A stretch of DNA of 37,742 nt from an uncultured Dehalococcoidales bacterium (GTDB lineage Bacteria; Chloroflexota; Dehalococcoidia; GIF9; AB-539-J10), in NCBI GenBank assembly GCA_964594245.1, contig CAZQML010000191.1:1-37742 (forward strand), written 5' to 3'. The notes below the pieces were generated by a model. The model did no database searches. It was not told the origin of the DNA and saw only the letters and a program-made list of their open reading frames with translations. Made by a program: the position numbers and the translations under genes. Positions 8,203 through 17,765 of this stretch are shown here, in pieces. Numbering within the stretch: the first letter of the stretch is position 1; every line of letters begins with the position of its first letter.

Positions 8203-8590
8203 TGTACGTAAAACGCGAGGGATTCTCGCTGTCCGGGCTCGAACGCGACCACTCGCGCTCGGCGAGGGATACGCGCCAGTGTGTCAGCCGGAGGCGCTTT
8301 CGCAGGTCCTGGACCGCGACCCCGGTGTCGAAATCCTTGCACGAGAACACATCGATGTTCACGTAGGACCGCTCCACGAAGGTATGTATTGCTATATGGC
8401 TCTCGGCGAGAAAGACAAATCCCGAGATGCCCCACTCATCCGGCTCGCAGTCTGCGTAGCGGATGATGTGCGGCTCCGATATCCGTGTCATCCCTATCTT
8501 GGACGGATAGTCGGTCAGCAGCTCGCGAAGGAACTCCTCATTCTGGAGGAGGTCCTTGCTTTCCGAGTATCCGTCAATCAATAGTTGCAT
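8192..8590 (-). CDS. pyruvoyl-dependent decarboxylase proenzyme of the small AdoMetDC (SpeH/SpeD class 1) fold
   Basis: 132 aa. The self-cleavage and active-site block GISGFVFLAESHIAIHTFVERSYVNIDVFSC matches the ...ISESHLTIHTWPE...D.F.C block of the Thermotoga and Bacillus enzymes. Substrate (AdoMet versus arginine) cannot be decided by eye. Confidence 0.85.
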   Translation of the reverse strand: MQLLIDGYSESKDLLQNEEFLRELLTDYPSKIGMTRISEPHIIRYADCEPDEWGISGFVFLAESHIAIHTFVERSYVNIDVFSCKDFDTGVAVQDLRKRLRLTHWRVSLAEREWSRSSPDSENPSRFTYNGS

Positions 8591-8661
8591 AGGAGTCTCT
8601 CAATACCATGAGAGTCAACATGTGTCGACGCAAACGCGAACTCGGCACGCCATCGAGCGCG

Positions 8662-9984
8662 CTACGGTTCGACAGCAACCCCACCCAGGTACTGCTCTAC
8701 AATCTCCATTGCACAGTACTTGCCGCACATACTGCACGCGCGCTCGTTCGTAGGAGTCTTGGCGTGCCCTTTGCGTGAGAGCTCCGGCACCAGGGCAAGC
8801 TCGGCCTGTGCGGGCCAATCGAGGTCCTTTCTGGCTCTGGACATCTTTCGGTCCCACTCAAGAGCTCCGGGAACGCCCTTGACTATGTCCGCTGCATGAG
8901 CGGCAATCATGGAGGCGATAACGCCATCGCGAACATCATCTTCGTCCGGGAGAGAAAGATGCTCCGACGGTGTGACGTAGCAGAGGAAATCCGCGCCGGC
9001 GCCTGCGGCTATGGCCCCACCGATAGCTCCCGTGATGTGATCATAGCCCGCGCCGATATCGGTCACCAGCGGCCCGAGGACGTAGAACGGGGCGCCCTGG
9101 CACAGTGTCTTCTGCATCTGCACGTTGGCCACAATCTGGTCCATGGGTACGTGGCCGGGCCCCTCTACAAACACCTGCACATCGGCGGCGCGTGCTCTCT
9201 GGACCAGCTCGCCAAGGATGATCAGTTCCTGGAATTGCGCCCTGTCGCTCGCATCCACAATAGAGCCGGGCCGCAAGCCGTCTCCGAGGCTGAGTGCGAA
9301 ACCGTAGGTGCGGGCGAGTTCGAGAAGCCGGTCGAAGTACTCGTAGAAAGGGTTCTCGCGCTCGTTGTGCAGGATCCACCCGGTGAGGAATGCTCCGCCG
9401 CGCGAGACTATGTTGGTGAGCCTGCCCTGGCTTCGCAGACGCTCGATTGACGACTGGGTCACGCCACAGTGGATGGTCATGAAGTCCACGCCATCCTTTG
9501 CGTGTGTCTCCACCGAGCCGAACAGATCATCCGGGGTCAAGTCCACAACGGAACCCCGGCTCTCGATTGCCTGGATAGCCGCCTGATAGATGGGGACCGT
9601 TCCGAACGGTACGGTGCACGCGGGGACAAGCACACGGCGAATCGCACTGATATCGCCACCCGTGCTCAGGTCCATCACAGCGTCCGCGCCGCAGTCCACA
9701 GCAACGTGCATCTTGCGCAGTTCGGTGCTGACATCGCAGGAGTCGGACGACGTACCGATGTTGGCGTTGACCTTTGTGCGAAGGCCCTTGCCTATGCCGC
9801 GAGGGTGCAGGGAATGGTGGATGGGGTTCGCGGGAATGACGATGGTGCCATCGACAAGGCCGGACAGTACAGACTCTACACTGATACTCTCCGCGCGAGC
9901 GACGTATTCCGCCTCTGGCGTAGAGGCACCTTTCTTGGCACGTTCGATTAGAGTCATGCTAACGGAATCGTGAAGCGCCTGCAT
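8662..9984 (-). CDS. thiC: phosphomethylpyrimidine synthase ThiC (radical SAM)
   Basis: Full-length similarity to ThiC: IPANPIH...RTKVNANIGTSS, VMDLSTGGDI, PIYQA, FMTIHCG, SRGG, DGLRPG, C-terminal CSMCGKYCA cluster. Start is ambiguous. ATG 9984 follows GGTGGGGAG. ATG 9957 (MTLIERAKKG) matches the usual N-terminus. The ORF's outermost start codon at 10089 would overlap argS. Confidence 0.93.
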   Translation of the reverse strand: MQALHDSVSMTLIERAKKGASTPEAEYVARAESISVESVLSGLVDGTIVIPANPIHHSLHPRGIGKGLRTKVNANIGTSSDSCDVSTELRKMHVAVDCGADAVMDLSTGGDISAIRRVLVPACTVPFGTVPIYQAAIQAIESRGSVVDLTPDDLFGSVETHAKDGVDFMTIHCGVTQSSIERLRSQGRLTNIVSRGGAFLTGWILHNERENPFYEYFDRLLELARTYGFALSLGDGLRPGSIVDASDRAQFQELIILGELVQRARAADVQVFVEGPGHVPMDQIVANVQMQKTLCQGAPFYVLGPLVTDIGAGYDHITGAIGGAIAAGAGADFLCYVTPSEHLSLPDEDDVRDGVIASMIAAHAADIVKGVPGALEWDRKMSRARKDLDWPAQAELALVPELSRKGHAKTPTNERACSMCGKYCAMEIVEQYLGGVAVEP

Positions 9985-10063
9985 CTCCCCACCGCCGCAA
10001 CGCCAAAATTTAGCACAACGGACGTACGAATGCAAACGAGCCGGCCCGTCCGCGGAAGCTCTG

Positions 10064-11725
10064 TCACATGTGGTCGGGAGCAGAGACACCCATCAGGGCC
10101 AGGGTTCTTGCAAGCACAATCTTGGTGGCGTTGACGAGGCTCAGTCGAGCCTGGGTCAGTCGAGTGTCGTCTGTCAGAACCCGGCACTGTTTGTAGAACG
10201 CGTGAAACGCGGTCGCGAGTTCCTGGGCGTAGTACGGCAACTGGTGTGGCTCAAGTGTGCGGGCAACCTCATCCACGACTTCAGGGAGGCGGGAGAGAAC
10301 CCGTAGAAGCGTAAGCTCGGCCTCATCGGTCAGCAAGCCGGTGTCGGGTGCTTCCTCGATGACGACAGCCTGTTCCTGCGCGTGCCTCAGGATACTGGCG
10401 ATGCGTGCGTGCGCGTACTGAACGTAGTACACGGGATTGTCCGCAGACTGCCGTTTGGCCAGCTCGATATCGAAGTCCATCTGGCTGTCAGGAGAGCGCG
10501 ACAGGAAGATGTAGCGGCATGCAGCTACCCCGACTTCATCCATCAACTCACGGAGTGAGACGACGTCGCCGCTCCGCTTGGAAGCCCTCACGATTTCCTC
10601 TCCCCGGCGGAGCGTCACCAACTGACAGGTGAGAACGGTCAACTGCTCAGGGTCTTTGCCCAGCGTCTTGACGACGGCCTTCATCCTAGGGATATGTCCC
10701 TGGTGGTCGGCGCCCCAGATATCAATAACCCGGTCATACCCTCGTCGCACGAACTTGTCGTAGTGGTAGGCGACGTCGGAGGCGAAATACGTCGGGCTGC
10801 CATCGCTGCGCACCAGGACGTTGTCCTTGTCCTCTCCAAGCAGACTGGACTCAAACCAGACTGCGCCCTCGCGTTCCGCGACGTATCCTCCATCGCGCAG
10901 GAGACCCATTGCCTCTGCATACTCGCCACTCTCGTACAGGGACCTCTCGCTGAACCATTCGTCGAATTCCACATTGAGAGCGGCCAGGTCGTTCCGGATG
11001 CCGTCCGTGAGCATGGCCGTGCCGATGTCGCAGAGCGCCTGCGTCCCTTCGTCCTCCGGCATATCCGCGAAACGCCGGCCGTGAGCGTCGACTATGGAGC
11101 GGGCCAGGTCGACGACGTAGTCACCAAGGTAGGCGTCAGCCGGCATCTGCACGTCGTCGCCAAGAGACTGGCGATAGCGGGCGTAGAGCGACTTGCCGAA
11201 GGTGCGAATCTGATTGCCTGTGTCGTTGAGGTAGTATTCGCAGTCAACTTTGTAACCGGCTGCGTCGAGAACATTCGCGAGCGTGCTGCCCAGCACCGCG
11301 CCCCGGCCGTGGCCTATGTGAAGAGGACCGGTCGGGTTCGCGCTGACGAACTCCACCTGCACGCTCTTGCCGGCGCCGACAGCAACGTTTCCGTATCTAT
11401 CGGCTGAATCCAGTATGGTGGGGATCATCTCGAAGAGCCAGGTCTGCTTCACTGTGAAGTTGATGAAACCCGGTGCGGCCACGCTGACAGAAGCAATCTC
11501 GTCGATGGGCTCGAGGCGGCGGACGATGATGTGGGCGAGCTGGAGCGGACTCGTCCGCACGGAGCGGGCGAGTTTCAACGCGATTCCGGACGCGAAGTCA
11601 CCGTGCGCCGGGTCTTGAGGGCGTTCGATGAGCACTTCCGGCAGCGTCGTGAACGCGATGTCGCCGCTCTCCTGAGCACTCTGAATGGCGTCTCGCAGGC
11701 TGTCCGCCAGCTTCGTTCTTAGCAT
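10064..11725 (-). CDS. argS: arginine--tRNA ligase
   Basis: Class I HIGH motif SANPTGPLHIGHGRG. The ArgRS N-terminal additional domain and the C-terminal DALR anticodon-binding region are present (...YVQYAHARIASILR...). ATG 11725 is preceded by GGAG 9 nt upstream. GTG 11740 would overlap the recG stop. Confidence 0.93.
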   Translation of the reverse strand: MLRTKLADSLRDAIQSAQESGDIAFTTLPEVLIERPQDPAHGDFASGIALKLARSVRTSPLQLAHIIVRRLEPIDEIASVSVAAPGFINFTVKQTWLFEMIPTILDSADRYGNVAVGAGKSVQVEFVSANPTGPLHIGHGRGAVLGSTLANVLDAAGYKVDCEYYLNDTGNQIRTFGKSLYARYRQSLGDDVQMPADAYLGDYVVDLARSIVDAHGRRFADMPEDEGTQALCDIGTAMLTDGIRNDLAALNVEFDEWFSERSLYESGEYAEAMGLLRDGGYVAEREGAVWFESSLLGEDKDNVLVRSDGSPTYFASDVAYHYDKFVRRGYDRVIDIWGADHQGHIPRMKAVVKTLGKDPEQLTVLTCQLVTLRRGEEIVRASKRSGDVVSLRELMDEVGVAACRYIFLSRSPDSQMDFDIELAKRQSADNPVYYVQYAHARIASILRHAQEQAVVIEEAPDTGLLTDEAELTLLRVLSRLPEVVDEVARTLEPHQLPYYAQELATAFHAFYKQCRVLTDDTRLTQARLSLVNATKIVLARTLALMGVSAPDHM

Positions 11726-11730
11726 AGTGT

Positions 11731-14262
11731 CTAACTCCACTCTACGTTGTCGCGCCAGAGCTCCGCCACCCTTTCTCTCACAGCAGCGTATTCGGCCGCG
11801 CTGTCGAAGCGGCTATCATCAATCAGCCGTAGAGCCTCGCTGCGTGCCGCATCCAGCATTGACAGGTCTGTAAGTGTAGCAACTCTGAGTTCCGGCAGGC
11901 CAGTCTGCTGCGTTCCGAGGAAATCACCGGGCCCTCGTAGCTCCAAGTCGTGGCGGGCGAGGGCGAACCCGTCATTCGTAGCCTCTACAACTTGCAGGCG
12001 TTTACGCGCGGCAGTGGAGGGGGCATCAGACACGAGTATGCAGTAGCTCCTCTCGGTACCGCGACCCACACGGCCGCGCAGCTGGTGCAGTTGGGACAGG
12101 CCGAAACGTTCTGCCCCGAGTACGATCATGACTGTCGCGTTGGGCACATCAATCCCTACCTCAACCACCGTAGTGCTGACAAGGATGTCGATGGACGCGT
12201 CGCGGAAACTCCGCATGACCTCGTCCTTCTGCTTGGGCGCAAGCCCACCGTGCAGCAGCCCCAGTCGCAAGTCAGGGAAGGCAACCTCGTGCAGGCGCTG
12301 GTACTCCTCCGTGGCAGCTTTGGCCTCCAGTTTGGGCGATTCGCTGATGAGAGGGCATATGACATAAGCCTGTCGGCCTTCGCGTATCTGGCTCCTCAAG
12401 AAGCGGTATAGACGGTCCATCTGTGAGGAGGACATGACACGCGTGACGGTCTTCTGCCGGCCTGGAGGAAGCGAGTTTATGACCGAGAGGTCCAGGTCGC
12501 CATATACGGCGAGCGCCAGGCTTCTCGGAATCGGGGTCGCTGTCATCACCAGTACGTGCGGATTGAATCCTTTCTGGCGTAGTCCTCCGCGTTGCAGCAC
12601 TCCGAAACGGTGTTGCTCGTCTACAATGGCCAGGCCCAGCCTCTTGAACTCTACCTCGCGCTGGATGAGCGCCTGGGTTCCGACCACTATGTCCACGTCG
12701 CCGCTGGCCAGCTGAGCGTGCACGCGCCGGCGGTTGGCTGCTGTGAGACTGCCGGTGAGCAAGGCGAGTGTAGTCTGATGCCCGCCCACATCGCCAATCG
12801 CGCGAATCGGGTTGCGAAGCAACTCCACCGCAGGGTTGTCGCCTGACGGAGCAAGGTCCTCATTGTCGTGCCCTCTGTCTCCTCGCAGGAGCGATTCTAT
12901 GGTCCTGAAGTGTTGCTCCGCGAGGACCTCCGTCGGGGCCATCAGCGCTCCCTGCAGACCATTGGAGACTGCCAGAAGAATGGCCGCCAGCGCCACTACC
13001 GTCTTGCCGCTGCCCACCTCTCCCTGCAGCAGTCGCGACATCGCCACCGGGCGGGCAATGTCGTGCTCAATCTCCTCCAGCACTCTCTGTTGCGCGGAGG
13101 TGAGGGTGAATGGGAGGCTCTTTGTGTACGCGTCGAGAAGCGAGCGGTCAATTGCCAGAGGGATTCCCGGCTGGCTGTGTTGCCAGTATCGCTTTGTCAT
13201 CAGCAAGCCGAGTTGGAGAGACAGCAAGTCGTCAAAAGTGAGCCGCTGCCTTGCCATGGCGGCACGCTCTAGGCTGGAAGGGAAATGAGCCTCGTGCACG
13301 GCATCAGACAGCGGCATAAGGTGCTGGCGCGCAGCTATCTCTGCCGGCAGATACTCTGCGAGGTCGGGCGCGGACCGCTCAAGGGCCTCCACCATCCACT
13401 TGCGCATCTGACGGGCTGACAGTCCGCTGGTGAGCGGGTAGACGGGCACCAGACGCCCGGTGTGTATCCCGGCAGAGTCCGCGGGTTCCCACTCGGGTGA
13501 CTCAATGACCTTCTCACCGCGGAACAGGTGGACAGTGCCACTGACAACGATTTCCCTGTTTGCAGGCAAGTTGCGCGCAATCCATGGTTGGTTGAACCAG
13601 ATTATCCTCACCATGCCGGTCTCGTCGCGGAGATAAGCCTCTGTACCCGGCCTACTTCCGAAGGGCGTCACCCGGACGCGTACCACGGTGCCGATGATTG
13701 TCTGCTCTGTGTCTACCTGGAGCTCAGAAACGCGCCTGATTTGTGTGTAGTCGAGATATCGTCGCGGCAGGAGATAGACGAAATCGACAATCGTCGACAC
13801 GCCCAGGCGGGCGAGGTTGGCTGCGGTTTTCGTGGAGACTCCCCGCAAGGCGGTGACCGGCTTGCGAGACCTGCCTGGTGGAATGGGGGCGTGGCTGTCG
13901 GGGCCTTCCGGCGGCACGTCGCTCGACGTGTGCGATGAAGTTGCGACCCGGTCAACTCCGGCTTGCCGCTGCACCTGTACGGCATCTCGTTTGTCCGGTC
14001 CCGGCTGTGGGTCAACAGCCTGCATCGTTGTCTGTACCCAGCTTTCCCTCCGCGGTTTCTGCCAGCCGCGATAGCCCACCTTGTCTTTCCGCAGAGACCG
14101 CAACTGGCGTGTCACAGCGGGTGAAATGGAGGAGGCATGCTCATCGAGCAAGGTGGAGGCGTATGCGTCTAGTCCTCCGACAACTGCCGAATCAGCGAAG
14201 CCTTTGGCAGCCTCGAGGACAAGAATCTTGCGCAGTGCCTCTATGACTTGCGTATCTGCCAC
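11731..14262 (-). CDS. recG: ATP-dependent DNA helicase RecG (with long N-terminal extension)
   Basis: Wedge domain followed by SF2 helicase motifs: LLQGEVGSGKTVVA, DEQHRFG, MTATPIPRSL, VVEVGIDVPNATVMI, QLRGRVGRG. About 140 aa precede the region that aligns with short RecG proteins. The start (GTG 14262) is uncertain. Confidence 0.9.
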   Translation of the reverse strand: MADTQVIEALRKILVLEAAKGFADSAVVGGLDAYASTLLDEHASSISPAVTRQLRSLRKDKVGYRGWQKPRRESWVQTTMQAVDPQPGPDKRDAVQVQRQAGVDRVATSSHTSSDVPPEGPDSHAPIPPGRSRKPVTALRGVSTKTAANLARLGVSTIVDFVYLLPRRYLDYTQIRRVSELQVDTEQTIIGTVVRVRVTPFGSRPGTEAYLRDETGMVRIIWFNQPWIARNLPANREIVVSGTVHLFRGEKVIESPEWEPADSAGIHTGRLVPVYPLTSGLSARQMRKWMVEALERSAPDLAEYLPAEIAARQHLMPLSDAVHEAHFPSSLERAAMARQRLTFDDLLSLQLGLLMTKRYWQHSQPGIPLAIDRSLLDAYTKSLPFTLTSAQQRVLEEIEHDIARPVAMSRLLQGEVGSGKTVVALAAILLAVSNGLQGALMAPTEVLAEQHFRTIESLLRGDRGHDNEDLAPSGDNPAVELLRNPIRAIGDVGGHQTTLALLTGSLTAANRRRVHAQLASGDVDIVVGTQALIQREVEFKRLGLAIVDEQHRFGVLQRGGLRQKGFNPHVLVMTATPIPRSLALAVYGDLDLSVINSLPPGRQKTVTRVMSSSQMDRLYRFLRSQIREGRQAYVICPLISESPKLEAKAATEEYQRLHEVAFPDLRLGLLHGGLAPKQKDEVMRSFRDASIDILVSTTVVEVGIDVPNATVMIVLGAERFGLSQLHQLRGRVGRGTERSYCILVSDAPSTAARKRLQVVEATNDGFALARHDLELRGPGDFLGTQQTGLPELRVATLTDLSMLDAARSEALRLIDDSRFDSAAEYAAVRERVAELWRDNVEWS

Positions 14263-14412
14263 AACAGCGTGCCGACCTTCAAGATCGTGATGCCACGGGG
14301 GCTTGGACGGAAGCAGTCTACGCTATTCCAAGTGGGAGCGACACCGTCGGCAATGAGGAGCGACTGACGGCACCCAGCGTGTGGAACTGCCGCTCCGTGG
14401 ACCGAGGCCGCG

Positions 14413-16065
14413 CTATTCGATGGAGATGATGAAATCGTAATGCGGCTGGCCGCCGTCGACGAGTTCGACTTCGATGTGGTGACGGTCTCGTATCCTGCCC
14501 GCAATGTCTTTCGCTGTAGCGGGTTCAACCTCCGCGCCGGAGTAAAGGGTGACCAGTTCGGCGTCCGACACGCCGGACTTCTTCAGGGCCTCCAGCACGA
14601 CCTCGTCGAGGATGTTGTTGGTGGCCACGAGTTTGTTGCCGTTCCTGATAGCGATGAACTGCCCCTTGCGCACCTGGATGCCGTCCATCTGAGTCCTGCG
14701 CACGGCACGAGTGACCTCCACTGTCGTCACGGATTTCAGGGCTTCGGTCATGGCCGCAGTGTTCTCGTCGGCACTGAGGTCATAGTTGAATGCCAGGAGT
14801 GCGGAAACGCCCTGCGGTATCGTCCTGGAGGGGACGACTCTCACTGTCTTCGAACTGACGGAGTCGACTTGTGATGCCGTCAATACGATGTTCTTGTTGT
14901 TTGGCAGGAGAATAACGTTGTCCGAAGGGGCCATGTCCACTGCCTGGAGTATCTGCCGGACGCTCGGGTTCATCGTCTGCCCGCCGGGCACGACAATGGT
15001 TGCCCCGAGGCTGTTGAATACGTCAAAGAGCCCGTCACCGGACGCAATGGTCAATATCGCCGTGTCGACTTGCGGCAGACGGGACCGCTGAAGCTTGACG
15101 AACTCCTCGTACTGGTCGTCCATGTTGTGCACCTCTATCTGGTGAAGAGTGCCCAACTTGGCGGCGAAGTTCAGGACGTCGCCGGGATGGAAAGAGTGGA
15201 CATGAACACGTACGACCGAGCTGTCGGAGGAACCGTCTGTGGCTATGACGAGTGACTGCCCCATCTTCCCCAGCTTCCTGGACAACTTGTCGACGTCGAT
15301 GTCTTTTCCATCGATGATGAAGTTGGTGCAGTAGCCGTACGGGACTTCCACCTGGGTGCTTGTGCTGGGTGATTTCTGAATCGCTTCCACATCTGCGACG
15401 ACGAGCACAGGGCGGGCCTCCTGCTGTTCCTGGGGCTTGCCGTTGAGCGACGACAATGCTCCGTCGAGCAGTACGTACAGCCCCTGCGCCCCTGCATCGA
15501 CGACGCCGGCCTCTTTGAGTACGGGAAGGAGATCGGGAGTAGATGCCACCGACCGACGCGCCGCCTCAACAACACCCTCGAGGATCGCCACAAACGCGGT
15601 GTCGTCGGCGTCTGCCGCGAGACGTGCCGCCTCAGCGACATCACGTAGTACCGTCAGGATCGTGCCTTCAACAGGATGAACAAGACCCTCGTAGGCGGTC
15701 GAGAAAGCCTTCGCGAGCGCCTCGGCCAGCTCGGAGCCGTCAATAGTGTCCTTGCCTTCGAGCGTGTCGGCGAAACCACGCCACACCTGAGAAAGGATAA
15801 CTCCGGAGTTGCCGCGCGCCCCCATCAGGGCCCCGTACGCCATCGAGCGCGCCACAGCTCCAACGCCCTGGCCGTTCACGGTTGTTCCTTCCTCAACCGC
15901 CGAACGCATCGTCAGGAGCATGTTGGTGCCGGTGTCACCGTCCGGTACGGGGAAGACGTTGATGGCGTTGATGTCGGGCGCCGCTCGCTCGAGCCACCGT
16001 GTGCCCACCGAGAACATCTTCCTGAAGGTCTTGCCGTCGACAGACCTGGCTGTTGTATTGTTCAT
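14413..16065 (-). CDS. yloV: DAK2 domain-containing protein, YloV family
   Basis: N-terminal DAK2 signature INVFPVPDGDTGTNM plus the C-terminal DegV-like half. The rpmB / yloV / recG neighbourhood matches the one known from Bacillus. Confidence 0.9.
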   Translation of the reverse strand: MNNTTARSVDGKTFRKMFSVGTRWLERAAPDINAINVFPVPDGDTGTNMLLTMRSAVEEGTTVNGQGVGAVARSMAYGALMGARGNSGVILSQVWRGFADTLEGKDTIDGSELAEALAKAFSTAYEGLVHPVEGTILTVLRDVAEAARLAADADDTAFVAILEGVVEAARRSVASTPDLLPVLKEAGVVDAGAQGLYVLLDGALSSLNGKPQEQQEARPVLVVADVEAIQKSPSTSTQVEVPYGYCTNFIIDGKDIDVDKLSRKLGKMGQSLVIATDGSSDSSVVRVHVHSFHPGDVLNFAAKLGTLHQIEVHNMDDQYEEFVKLQRSRLPQVDTAILTIASGDGLFDVFNSLGATIVVPGGQTMNPSVRQILQAVDMAPSDNVILLPNNKNIVLTASQVDSVSSKTVRVVPSRTIPQGVSALLAFNYDLSADENTAAMTEALKSVTTVEVTRAVRRTQMDGIQVRKGQFIAIRNGNKLVATNNILDEVVLEALKKSGVSDAELVTLYSGAEVEPATAKDIAGRIRDRHHIEVELVDGGQPHYDFIISIE

Positions 16066-16076
16066 AATGGGATTTC

Positions 16077-16105
16077 TTGCCGCGTGGGGCCGTTCGTGGT
16101 ACTAT
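16077..16105 (+). promoter_or_regulatory. candidate promoter TTGCCG-17-(TGg)TACTAT for rpmB
   Basis: TTGCCG (16077-16082), 17-nt spacer ending in TGG, TACTAT (16100-16105). It lies 45 nt upstream of the rpmB ATG. Confidence 0.5.
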
Positions 16106-16150
16106 CTCATTCTAGTCCGTGTCAATGCAAACGTAAAGCAGGAACTGTTC

Positions 16151-16339
16151 ATGAAGTGCGACGTCTGTGGCAAGCAACCCACGTATGGCAACAAGGTCAG
16201 TCACTCCAAGCGGCACACGCGGAGACGCTGGCTTCCGAATGTCCATCGTACCACTCTAGTCCTGGATGGGACTCCGTATTCAATCAAGATTTGTACCCGC
16301 TGCCTCAGGACTCAATACAAGACACGCGCTCGCGCGTAG
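16151..16339 (+). CDS. rpmB: 50S ribosomal protein L28 (Cys4 zinc-ribbon form)
   Basis: MKCDVCGKQPTYGNKVSHSKRHTRRRWLPNVH...ICTRCLR is the canonical L28 sequence with CxxC...CxxC. It is the in-frame tail of spurious ORF 15809..16339. Confidence 0.95.
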   Translation: MKCDVCGKQPTYGNKVSHSKRHTRRRWLPNVHRTTLVLDGTPYSIKICTRCLRTQYKTRARA

Positions 16340-16389
16340 TCGGTGTCATTCGAGGACCTGAGGACAGTCCCTCCCAACGTCAACGTGAT

Positions 16390-17763
16390 TCAGTCGGTTG
16401 CGTTGCTCCGTGCCCGTGATTCTTCGAGGCGAACGTGCGCTCTTCTGAGCGCGTCCTTCACGCGGCGCGGCGCAGTGCCGCCCGGGACATCACGTGACAT
16501 TAGCGATGTCTCCAGGGACAATTCAAGCACATCTTTCTCGAACAGCGGCGAGAACCTCCTGTATTCTTCAAGCGATAGTTGTCCCAGGGCTTTGCCCTGG
16601 GAAGTGGTGTGGCGAGTCAGTGCTGCGGCAATGCCGTGGGCGGCCCGAAATGCCAGGCCTTTCTTCACCAGATAGTCCGCAACATCAGTCGCGAGAACGT
16701 AGTCCTGAATGGCAGCCCGCATGCGGTCGCCGTGCACTTCGATTGACCGCACGATGTCGCTGCATACCGCGAGAGTACCCTTGAGACTGTCCGCGGTGTC
16801 AAAGAGGTGCACCTTATCCTCCTGCAGGTCCCTATTATAGGACAGTGGCAGGGCCTTGAGCGTTGTCAGAATGGCGACGAGGTTGCCATAAACGCGCCCT
16901 GTCTTGCCCCTGGCGAGCTCCGCAAGGTCCGGGTTCCGTTTCTGCGGCATGATGCTCGAGCCTGTGGTGAAGCCCTCTCCGATGGTGATGAATCCGAACT
17001 CGGAGCTTGACCACAGTACCATCTCCTCGGCCAGCCGCGACACGTGCATCATGGTGATTGCCCCGCACGCGTTGAACTCGGCAACGAAGTCACGGTCGGA
17101 CACAGCGTCCATGCTGTTCTGGCTGATGTGAGCGAACCCGAGCTCGTGCGCTACATACTCCCGGTCTATGGGGTAGGGAACGCCGGCGAGAGCACCGCTT
17201 CCCAGGGGGAGCACGTTGACACGCTTCATGCAGTCGTCGAGTCTCTCCTCATCGCGGGAGAACATCTCGAAGTACGCCAGCAGATGGTGGGCGAACAAGA
17301 CTGGTTGCGCCTGCTGCAGATGCGTGTAGCCGGCCATGACCACGTCGCTGTTCCGCTCGGCAAGCTCGAGCAACGCCTGACGGACTTGTCGGAGACCGCC
17401 CAGGATTTCGATGATTTCGTCGCGGACATACATGCGCACGTCCACGGCGACCTGGTCGTTGCGCGACCGTCCGGTATGCAGCCTGCCCGCGACTTCCCCC
17501 ACGATTTCAAACAGCCGTGCCTCGACGGCCATGTGGATGTCCTCATCCGCCGGCTTGAAGACGAACTGTCCGCCTTCTATCTCCCCGCGCACGACTTCCA
17601 GCCCCCGCACAAGCTCAGTCGCGTCGGCGGCGGAGATGATTCCCTGACGCCCGAGCATGCGCGCATGGGCCACGCTTCCCGCGATGTCCTGACGGTACAG
17701 TCGCCGGTCGAACTCCAGCGAGCCGACGTAGTCCTGCACCCTACGGCTCTTCGATTCGAGCAT
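16390..17763 (-). CDS. argH: argininosuccinate lyase
   Basis: Fumarase/aspartase family signature GSSIMPQKRNPD, HTGRSRNDQV and TH.Q.AQP. Start set at ATG 17763, 2 nt after the argG stop. The longer ORF overlaps argG. Confidence 0.93.
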   Translation of the reverse strand: MLESKSRRVQDYVGSLEFDRRLYRQDIAGSVAHARMLGRQGIISAADATELVRGLEVVRGEIEGGQFVFKPADEDIHMAVEARLFEIVGEVAGRLHTGRSRNDQVAVDVRMYVRDEIIEILGGLRQVRQALLELAERNSDVVMAGYTHLQQAQPVLFAHHLLAYFEMFSRDEERLDDCMKRVNVLPLGSGALAGVPYPIDREYVAHELGFAHISQNSMDAVSDRDFVAEFNACGAITMMHVSRLAEEMVLWSSSEFGFITIGEGFTTGSSIMPQKRNPDLAELARGKTGRVYGNLVAILTTLKALPLSYNRDLQEDKVHLFDTADSLKGTLAVCSDIVRSIEVHGDRMRAAIQDYVLATDVADYLVKKGLAFRAAHGIAAALTRHTTSQGKALGQLSLEEYRRFSPLFEKDVLELSLETSLMSRDVPGGTAPRRVKDALRRAHVRLEESRARSNATD

Positions 17764-17765
17764 TG

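Noticed and set aside
16340-16389. Imperfect hairpin GAGGAC...GTCCCTC between the convergent rpmB and argH genes, as a bidirectional terminator.
   Set aside because: The stem is bulged and no T-tract lies on either side. It is too weak to call.
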